Below are positions 1 to 6,083 of a DNA stretch of 8,623 bases, piece by piece (the first letter of the stretch is position 1; each line of letters starts with the position of its first letter). The stretch covers positions 1 through 8,623 of the forward strand of contig JAUWKS010000098.1 of the NCBI GenBank assembly GCA_030614005.1. The letters are read 5' to 3'. A program made the translations under genes and the position numbers. The notes under the pieces were generated by a model. The model saw only the letters and a program-made list of their open reading frames with translations. It did no database searches and was not told where the DNA came from. The DNA is from Candidatus Heimdallarchaeota archaeon (GTDB lineage Archaea; Asgardarchaeota; Heimdallarchaeia; JABLTI01).

Positions 1-312
1 CGTGTAATCAAATCTTTAGATTATTCCTCAGATGCTCTTTTCCCAAAAGGAAATTATCTTTTTGTCATGGGTACAACAATCTTATTCCGATGCATTACGA
101 CTTTTATTATTAATTTGTTCGTAGTAGTTCCATTATTTTTGTTCTTATTGTATGGAGGAGAATTTCAGACAGTCTTTACAGAACCTGTGGCATTTCTAAC
201 TTTTGCAGGTGGTTATACAGCTTGGAATGTTGTCCAGGGAACAAGTGATGCAATAATCTCTTATCTGATTGTTTTTCCTACAAAATTAAACAAAGTATTT
301 GGTATTTGGTAG
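1..312 (+). CDS. Partial (5'-truncated) integral membrane protein, probably an ECF-transporter substrate-specific S component
   Basis: Frame 1 is open from base 1 (RVIKSLDYSSDALFPKGNYLFVMGTTILFR...), so the ATG at 67 is probably internal. Hydrophobic helices carry the pattern R-x7-N-x5-P (FRCITTFIINLFVVVPLF) and a final helix WNVVQGTSDAIISYLI, resembling the C-terminal 'FNLIKG' helix of RibU/PanT-type S components. Substrate not predictable. Confidence 0.55.
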   Translation, partial: RVIKSLDYSSDALFPKGNYLFVMGTTILFRCITTFIINLFVVVPLFLFLLYGGEFQTVFTEPVAFLTFAGGYTAWNVVQGTSDAIISYLIVFPTKLNKVFGIW

Positions 313-316
313 GGGA

Positions 317-340
317 TTTTTTCTCCCTCCCTTTTTTCTT
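317..340 (+). terminator. Oligo-T terminator candidate after the membrane-protein gene
   Basis: Two T6 runs (317-322, 332-337) just after the TAG at 310-312, with a weak AGGGGA/TCCCT stem around the first. Archaeal termination typically occurs at oligo-T tracts. Confidence 0.45.
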
Positions 341-606
341 CATTGCCTCAACCTAAAGGTAATTTAATATACAAGGCGAATACTTCATAAAATGTGTCTA
401 AAAAGTACGCTAATATTATATCTGTACACGTAACACTTTTTAGGTAGATTGCATTTAACATATTACCTTAAACAATTTATCTTAATACGAACTAGAAAAC
501 CTAGAGTTTGTTACAGCTCAAAAAAACAAATGTTTGCCGAAGGTGATCTGTCGTTTTCTATTATAGATGAAATTGCAGATGAATTTGCGTGTGAGGTCTA
601 AAAAAA

Positions 607-1005
607 ATGATTGCGATTACAAAAGAATTCAAACAAATGTTGAAAGAATTGTTTGATGCTCGAGAAGTTACAGAGATACCTCTAGAGGACCTAGTTAACC
701 TTCTATCCGTGAGCTTAGATGAATTGAGACTATTGCTGAAAGATGAGCAGATAAAAAATGAATACAAACTCACCCAAGCAAATGATGGATCACTATATGT
801 GAAAAGATTCCTTCAAACTGTACTAGAAGGGAAACAAATGACAATCTCACTTAACATACAATGGGACAACATTGGTGGATGCCCTTGCTTCACCTGTCAT
901 GAACTTGATAGATGTGATATTGGTAATCCAATCTCTTCAGTTGATTGTCCATTGTTTAGCCGATGGTTATTTACTGAACCACAAACAGAAGAAGAAAAAG
1001 AGTAG
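607..1005 (+). CDS. tfeB: Transcription factor E beta subunit / RPC34(RPC39)-like protein: winged-helix-like N-terminus plus C-terminal [4Fe-4S] domain
   Basis: C-terminal PCFTCHELDRCDIGNPISSVDCPLFSRWL gives C94-x2-C97-x5-C103-x10-C114 then x5-W-L, the cysteine spacing and IS..C.....WL ending of crenarchaeal TFE-beta and eukaryotic RPC39/RPC34. The 132 aa length fits archaeal TFE-beta. SD-like GAGGT at 593-597. Confidence 0.8.
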   Translation: MIAITKEFKQMLKELFDAREVTEIPLEDLVNLLSVSLDELRLLLKDEQIKNEYKLTQANDGSLYVKRFLQTVLEGKQMTISLNIQWDNIGGCPCFTCHELDRCDIGNPISSVDCPLFSRWLFTEPQTEEEKE

Positions 1006-1018
1006 CCCTGGCTAGATC

Positions 1019-1027
1019 TTTTTTTTT
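1019..1027 (+). terminator. T9 tract, likely terminator of the TFE-beta-like gene
   Basis: Nine consecutive T starting 14 nt after the TAG at 1003-1005, followed by more T-rich sequence. Confidence 0.55.
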
Positions 1028-1121
1028 ATCTTCTTACTTTTCTAAATCTTTTATTAGTTTTAAACTACACCTCCAAGAAAACAAAAAAAGTAACTTTAGG
1101 TTTTCTTAAACATCACTTACT

Positions 1122-1129
1122 TTTTAAAG
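1122..1129 (+). promoter_or_regulatory. Candidate TATA box for rlmE-trm1
   Basis: TTTTAAAG lies about 25-35 nt upstream of the candidate starts (GTG 1154, TTG 1163). The region is AT-rich, so chance matches are common. Confidence 0.4.
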
Positions 1130-1153
1130 GGTACATCTTCATTTTGTAATAAG

Positions 1154-1813
1154 GTGACTTTCTTGAGCCATAGAGAACGAATGAGAAGGAGAGAATTTTA
1201 TTATCGAGAAGCACAACGGATAGGTTATCGCTCTCGTGCAACCTTCAAACTCAAGCAGATTCAAGAAAAATTCACTGTTTTCAAAATAGGTGATATAGTT
1301 CTGGATGTAGGTGCAGCACCAGGAGGGTGGAGTCAAATTGCCACAGAATTTGTTGGCATACCTGGAAGAGTTTTTGCTGTCGATTTAGATTATATTGAAC
1401 CCATTGATTTCGTTATCTCTATTCAAGGGGATATTACTGATAAAAAAACTCATGAACGCCTTATGACTCTCATAGGTGAACCAGTTGATATTATTATAAG
1501 TGATTTGAGTCCAAAAGTAACTGGTAATTGGTCTACTGACCAAGCAAGACAAATATTCCTTTCAGAACAAGCCCTCAGATTAGCTGTTTCTGGTCTTTTA
1601 AAACAAGGTGGAAAATTTGTGAGCAAAATCTTCCAAGGAGATCTTTATGAGCAATTTCTTGACATTGTGAAAAAATTGTTCACCGTAGTCTATTTATATA
1701 AACCAAAAGCTTCCCGAAAAGGAAGTGCTGAAATCTATGTTATTGCAAAGGGATTGAAGAAAGGACCACTGAAGAAGCGAAAACCCCTCAAAAAGGTGGA
1801 ACAAAATGATTAA
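1154..1813 (+). CDS. rlmE: 23S rRNA uridine 2'-O-methyltransferase (RlmE/FtsJ/RrmJ family)
   Basis: FYYREAQRIGYRSRATFKL, SAM-binding VLDVGAAPGGWSQ, and K-D-K-E tetrad motifs (TFKL, IISDLSP, FVSKIFQG, SAEIY). The true start may be the in-frame TTG at 1163, since GGTGA (1153-1157) is a good SD 5 nt upstream. No TRAM domain; basic C-terminal tail. Confidence 0.95.
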   Translation: MTFLSHRERMRRREFYYREAQRIGYRSRATFKLKQIQEKFTVFKIGDIVLDVGAAPGGWSQIATEFVGIPGRVFAVDLDYIEPIDFVISIQGDITDKKTHERLMTLIGEPVDIIISDLSPKVTGNWSTDQARQIFLSEQALRLAVSGLLKQGGKFVSKIFQGDLYEQFLDIVKKLFTVVYLYKPKASRKGSAEIYVIAKGLKKGPLKKRKPLKKVEQND

Positions 1814-3035
1814 GTATCCTTTAGCAAAGGTCGTTGAAGGACAAACGAAAATTATTGTACCCGATGTAGAAGCATTCAGAAAGTCGCCTACAAGTTTCCC
1901 TCCTTCTGATGCCCCCGTTTTTTACAATAAGAAAATGGAAATCAATCGAGATTTTGCTCTTGCTCTTTTACGAGTTTACCTTATTAAGAGAGAGAAAAAA
2001 GACGAAGTTACGTACTGTGAGCCAATGGCTGGAAGTGGTATCCGTTCTATTCGTGTAGCAAATGAACTCCCTTCTTTACAGGTATTAATGAATGATAGAA
2101 ATCCTCAAGCAGTGAGTCTTATCAAGGAAAACATTAAACGACTAAGATTAAAAAAGCACACTGAAGTTTTTGAAGAAGATGCTAATGAATTGATGCTGCG
2201 GTTTAAAGCTTCTGGAAGGAAAATAGATATCATTGATTTGGATCCATTTGGGTCACCTTCACAGTTCACCGATGTGACCGCACAAACAATAAGCAAAAAT
2301 GGCCTACTAGCAGTTACTTCTACTGATATGGCTACTATGTGTGGTGTGTATCCCAAAGCATGTATACGGAAATATGCCTCAAAACCAATTCATTCCTTTA
2401 TTAGTCATGAATTAGCAGTGAGAATGATGTTGGGTTTCATTGCAATAGCTTTAGCACGACATGGAAAGAGTATGGTGCCAATCTTTGCTCACAGCACCGA
2501 ACATTTTATTAGAGCTTACGTTTTGGCTGAAAAAGGCATTACAAAAGCTAAAAACGCAATGAAACATTTGGGGTTTGTTGCTCATTGCACTAATTGTTAT
2601 AGTTTGGAAACTGCAAATGGATTGATTAATACACTTACGAATCAATGCCCTCTTTGTGAGGAAAAAAGGCAAATTGGTGGTCCCATCTGGTTAGGAAAAA
2701 TGTATGATAAGGACTACGTCAAAGCATTGGAAGATGAATTAATTCAAAATTCAATTGCTTATGGCACGACAAAGAAAATGCTCAAAATCGTTTCTTTAGT
2801 GAAAGAGGAAATCGAAGCAGAAACCTCATCAGAAAAAAGTCATTTTTACTTTGATATACATCGAATTGCTGATAAAATAAATCTACCCTCACCTAAAATA
2901 GCTACAGTAATTGCTCTCCTCCAAAAAGGAGACTTCATTGCTTTTAGAACTCATTTCAGAACGAATTCGATTAAAACGGACGCTCCTATTGAAAAAGTAG
3001 TGGAAGCAGTGAAACAAGCAAGCAAAGATAAGTAA
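1806..3035 (+). CDS. trm1: tRNA (guanine(26)-N2)-dimethyltransferase Trm1
   Basis: PVFYNKKMEINRD, EPMAGSGIRSIR, IIDLDPFGSP, LLAVTSTD, zinc-binding CTNC...CPLC, GGPIWLG and C-terminal RTHF...IKTDAP are hallmark Trm1 motifs. Overlaps the rlmE end by 8 nt, suggesting translational coupling. Confidence 0.95.
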   Translation: MIKYPLAKVVEGQTKIIVPDVEAFRKSPTSFPPSDAPVFYNKKMEINRDFALALLRVYLIKREKKDEVTYCEPMAGSGIRSIRVANELPSLQVLMNDRNPQAVSLIKENIKRLRLKKHTEVFEEDANELMLRFKASGRKIDIIDLDPFGSPSQFTDVTAQTISKNGLLAVTSTDMATMCGVYPKACIRKYASKPIHSFISHELAVRMMLGFIAIALARHGKSMVPIFAHSTEHFIRAYVLAEKGITKAKNAMKHLGFVAHCTNCYSLETANGLINTLTNQCPLCEEKRQIGGPIWLGKMYDKDYVKALEDELIQNSIAYGTTKKMLKIVSLVKEEIEAETSSEKSHFYFDIHRIADKINLPSPKIATVIALLQKGDFIAFRTHFRTNSIKTDAPIEKVVEAVKQASKDK

Positions 3036-3043
3036 TTTATAAG
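3036..3043 (+). promoter_or_regulatory. Candidate TATA box for rnhB
   Basis: TTTATAAG immediately after the trm1 stop, preceded by purine-rich AAGATAAG and about 35-45 nt upstream of the rnhB starts. Confidence 0.4.
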
Positions 3044-3077
3044 AAAATCTTTTTGTTTCAAGAAGGTAGAGAATACC

Positions 3078-3755
3078 TTGAAGCCGATGTATCTTGCCGG
3101 AGTAGATGAAGCAGGACGAGGTCCTGTTCTAGGTCCCCTAGTGATAGCTGGAGTAGTTTTGCACCAAGATGATTTACCTCAACTAGTTGAAAATGGACTT
3201 GCAGATTCTAAACTCGTTCCAAAGGAAAAAAGAGAGCAACTGTATCAAACCATAGTGGCCAAAGCAGTTGATTATAAAGTAATAATCATTGAAGCATCGG
3301 ATATTGATAAGCAAAGAGCATGTGCAATAAACCTGAATAAAATTGAGATGAATTCCTTTGTTGAAATATTACTTCTAATGAAGCAGTGGTCAAAGGCTTA
3401 TGTAGATGCTTGCGATAGAAATGCTCAACGGTTTCAATTAACATTACAAAATAGAGTGAATACTAACATCGTCGCAGAACATTTTGCAGATCAAACCTAT
3501 CCAATTGTTTCTGCAGCATCAATTATTGCCAAAGTTATTCGTGATAGAGAAATAGAAAAATATCACAACGAATATGGTGTGGACTTTGGTAGTGGGTACC
3601 CACACGATAAAAAAACAAATCAATTTCTAAATGAATATATTTCTCAATATGGCAAGTTACCCTTGGTTGCTCGAAAAAGTTGGGTAACATCAAAAAGAGT
3701 TGTTGAAATGTACCAACAAACAAACTTGGATGAGTTCTTTTCAAATGCTGAATAA
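3078..3755 (+). CDS. rnhB: Ribonuclease HII with C-terminal PCNA-interacting (PIP) box
   Basis: AGVDEAGRGPVLGPLV, ADSK, YVDA, HFADQTYPIVSAASIIAKVIRD, GSGYPHD. C-terminal QTNLDEFF (3717-3740) is a perfect QxxLxxFF PIP box, as in archaeal and eukaryotic RNase H2. Start is TTG 3078 or ATG 3087. Confidence 0.96.
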   Translation: MKPMYLAGVDEAGRGPVLGPLVIAGVVLHQDDLPQLVENGLADSKLVPKEKREQLYQTIVAKAVDYKVIIIEASDIDKQRACAINLNKIEMNSFVEILLLMKQWSKAYVDACDRNAQRFQLTLQNRVNTNIVAEHFADQTYPIVSAASIIAKVIRDREIEKYHNEYGVDFGSGYPHDKKTNQFLNEYISQYGKLPLVARKSWVTSKRVVEMYQQTNLDEFFSNAE

Positions 3756-3762
3756 GAACAAC

Positions 3763-4761
3763 TTACTTTTTATCGGCATCCTTTTTCTTCTTTAATTTTG
3801 TGAGCTCATCAATAGAGAGAATAGGAACTCCTTTGAACTCTTTCTGATCAATTTCAGAGCCAACTACAACTAAAGGATTGGCATCAGCAATTCTAGAAAC
3901 ATTGTAAGTTACAAGTATTTTTTTAGTAAAATCCTTTCCAATAGGTTTTCGGGTTATTCCTGTGATGGTAGTAATTGATTTTTCTAATTCATCGTTCTTA
4001 TCGACAGATTTTGCTAACACTCGAAATGGAAATTTCTTTGTCCAGAGCTGATCCTTCATTCCTAAAGCATCAAAGTGTTTTTTAACATCTTTTTCAAGAT
4101 CACTTTTTGGTGCTCCTGAATATTTCTCGGGTTGAGTAACGGATCCTATCCTTTGCATTTCATCGAACAAGTTTATTGCAAGGGTTAAGGGCTCATCAAG
4201 GAACTCTTCAATCATCATTGCTGTTTCGAGAGAAACATTGATCTTCCCGCGCTCATATTCATACACTGCGCGTTTTGATATTCCTACTTCTCGAGCGAGA
4301 TCACTTAAACTAAGGTTTTTACCAATTCTTTTCTCTTTCAAAAGATCGCCATCAAACTTAACTTTGAATCCTCCACGGTAGGCAAAAATGAGGGGAGGGA
4401 TTTTGTGGAGTAGTAGGTTTCGAAGAGTTTCGAGAGAAACTACTGGAATTTCATAACGCGAATAAACAACGCCATCTTCAATAGTTGAATTACTTCGGAT
4501 ACTCCTTCCAACAATTAGTGGAAGACCTCCTAGCATAGAAGAAAGCTTTCGAAGTTCATAGGCTTGATCCTCACGGAGGTTATCGATAGTTTCTATTATT
4601 TTTACTAACATAAGAAGGGAGCGTTTTTTTGCGATAACATCGAAACAACCGCCACAACCTAACAAAGGAGTAGAAAGATCAAAATGGAGTCCCTCAAATA
4701 ATTTGGTTACTCCTTGAATGAATTGTTGGTGTTTATCTACAATCATTTTCTTGTCCTTCAT
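3763..4761 (-). CDS. Archaeal Cro/C1(XRE)-type HTH transcriptional regulator, COG1395 (MJ1164-like) family
   Basis: N-terminal CFDVIAKK...LLMLVK...IDNL and GVVYSRYEIPVV, central FAYRGGFKVKFDG, then an HTH (LKEKRIGKNLSLSDLAREVGISKRAVYEYERG) and a C-terminal alpha/beta domain. This is the typical layout of the family. Confidence 0.85.
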   Translation of the reverse strand: MKDKKMIVDKHQQFIQGVTKLFEGLHFDLSTPLLGCGGCFDVIAKKRSLLMLVKIIETIDNLREDQAYELRKLSSMLGGLPLIVGRSIRSNSTIEDGVVYSRYEIPVVSLETLRNLLLHKIPPLIFAYRGGFKVKFDGDLLKEKRIGKNLSLSDLAREVGISKRAVYEYERGKINVSLETAMMIEEFLDEPLTLAINLFDEMQRIGSVTQPEKYSGAPKSDLEKDVKKHFDALGMKDQLWTKKFPFRVLAKSVDKNDELEKSITTITGITRKPIGKDFTKKILVTYNVSRIADANPLVVVGSEIDQKEFKGVPILSIDELTKLKKKKDADKK

Positions 4762-4878
4762 ACATTCTTTATCTAATTAGGCATTTTTTTTAAATGAAAA
4801 AAAATGTTGACTAAGTGAAATTTGTCGCAAGTAACTTTAAAGTCTTGCGTTTTTTACGCATGAGAAATGGATAAGAAA

Positions 4879-5880
4879 TCACACTTTCTGCTTCTGAATA
4901 AGCAATTTCAACGGTTTTGCTAGACGATCATCCATAACGAATATTTTTACTCCAGATTTGAGGTTCTTTTTATCAATGACCATTTTTTCATCGAGAATAA
5001 TACCTTTAATCATAAGTTTAGGAGCAGCAAGACCAAAAGCAAAAGCAATACGTGTTGAGAGTTCTTCTATTGTTTCTCCATTCTCAACAACGAATTTCGC
5101 TTCTTCAAGTTCATATTGCTCACCACACACAGGGCACTTCTTATTACGTTCTAAGCGAATAGTTGTTGTTGTGCCTGAAAGGCCATCATAGAAGAAATAA
5201 TTATCAAGAGGATCTCCAATTTTCATTATTGTTTTTAATGCTTCTTGGCTGAGAATACCGCCGATAATCATAGATAATGTTGCAACAGCAGGCATAGGTG
5301 CTTCTTTTTTCTTGGGCAAATGTTTTCTCTTTTTACCCACAGGAGAACAAGCTTGACTAAGTTTTTCTTGGGGAATAAGAGGTTGACATTCAAAACATGG
5401 AGTTTCATATGGAATAATTCTTTGGACATGTCCCAGAAAACCAAACATACCACCAGAGATGAGCGGTTTTTTCAAATCTACTGCTAACGAATTTAACCAA
5501 CGTCGAGTATCAAACGTATCCAGTCCAGCTATTATAACATCGCAATCTTGGTAATGTTTACGTTTGACCTCTTCAAGCTTCATAGGTAAAGAAATAACTT
5601 CAATTTCAGGATTTATTTCTCGCAATCGTTTTGCTGCAATCTCTGATTTATATTTGCGAATATCTCGTTTACGAAATAAAAATTGACGGTTCAAATTACT
5701 GAATTCAATTGTATCCATATCACAGAGGTATATATGACCAATACCACTTAGAGCTAAATTTGCTGCAACAAAAGATCCAAGAGCACCAACACCAGCTACT
5801 AAAGCGGTAGCTTCAGTTAGTTTATCTTGATTCCAGCCTTTAATTCTCATCTGCCGGTCGTATCTTGACATGCCTCTCAC
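4879..5880 (-). CDS. Eukaryote-type ubiquitin-activating enzyme E1 (ThiF/MoeB/E1 adenylation domain, catalytic Cys, C-terminal ubiquitin-fold domain)
   Basis: RYDRQ, GVGALG, DMDTIEFSNLNRQFLFR (UBA2/UBA3-like), LDTFDTRRWLN, zinc ligands CFEC and CPVC, candidate catalytic C178 (5347-5349), MPAVAT (cf. eukaryotic IIPAI/VA), and a C-terminal beta-grasp-like extension of about 70 aa. The start may be the ATG at 5871 rather than the GTG at 5880. Confidence 0.85.
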   Translation of the reverse strand: MRGMSRYDRQMRIKGWNQDKLTEATALVAGVGALGSFVAANLALSGIGHIYLCDMDTIEFSNLNRQFLFRKRDIRKYKSEIAAKRLREINPEIEVISLPMKLEEVKRKHYQDCDVIIAGLDTFDTRRWLNSLAVDLKKPLISGGMFGFLGHVQRIIPYETPCFECQPLIPQEKLSQACSPVGKKRKHLPKKKEAPMPAVATLSMIIGGILSQEALKTIMKIGDPLDNYFFYDGLSGTTTTIRLERNKKCPVCGEQYELEEAKFVVENGETIEELSTRIAFAFGLAAPKLMIKGIILDEKMVIDKKNLKSGVKIFVMDDRLAKPLKLLIQKQKV

Positions 5881-5991
5881 TTACCAGTAGTTAAACTCTT
5901 CTATAGCGAGATAGTTTAGGTTACAATTAACTCTTTCGTTTTAGTAAACATATTAAGATTTTAATTGCGGTGATAATTCCCAAAGCAATAA

Positions 5992-6004
5992 TTTTTATAT
6001 TTAA
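5992..6004. promoter_or_regulatory. Candidate TATA element(s) in the divergent E1/SPFH intergenic region
   Basis: TTTTTATATTTAA reads TTTATAT on + and TTAAATATAAAAA on -, so it could serve either or both directions. No TSS data available. Confidence 0.35.
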
Positions 6005-6083
6005 TCTGAATGAAGTAACACAGTACAACTTGAAATGATATGAATTATTTCAAGAAAAAACAATAATTTAGGTGTAAAAAAAG

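Noticed and set aside
67-312. ORF-track call of a complete 81-aa protein starting at 67
   Set aside because: The frame is open back to base 1, so this is more likely the tail of a longer membrane protein.
313-606. C/D-box sRNA or tRNA in the longest intergenic gap
   Set aside because: No RTGATGA/CTGA box pair with a terminal stem and no cloverleaf could be found by eye; a covariance-model search would be needed to exclude other ncRNAs.
1067-1074. Strong SD-like GGAGGTGT on the minus strand
   Set aside because: No ATG, GTG or TTG follows at usable spacing and no ORF is present.
1088-4839. Shared 11-mer AAGTAACTTTA upstream of rlmE (1088-1098) and of the regulator (4829-4839)
   Set aside because: One AT-rich 11-mer match among AT-rich intergenic regions is plausible by chance, and the distances to the start codons differ.
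4882-5100. The C-terminal ubiquitin-like domain as a cleavable, conjugatable ubiquitin
   Set aside because: There is no Gly-Gly at or near the C-terminus (ends LLIQKQKV).
5305-5334. KKRKHLPKKK as a nuclear localisation signal
   Set aside because: The context is archaeal (SD motifs, no introns, operon-like layout); the resemblance is compositional only.
4879-5880. Reading the E1-like gene as a sulfur-carrier activator (ThiF/MoeB/UbaA/Uba4) tied to the nearby tRNA-modification genes
   Set aside because: It has SNLNRQFLF, PAVAT and a ubiquitin-fold C-terminus typical of conjugation E1s, has no rhodanese domain, and is not in the rlmE-trm1 unit. Disfavoured rather than excluded.
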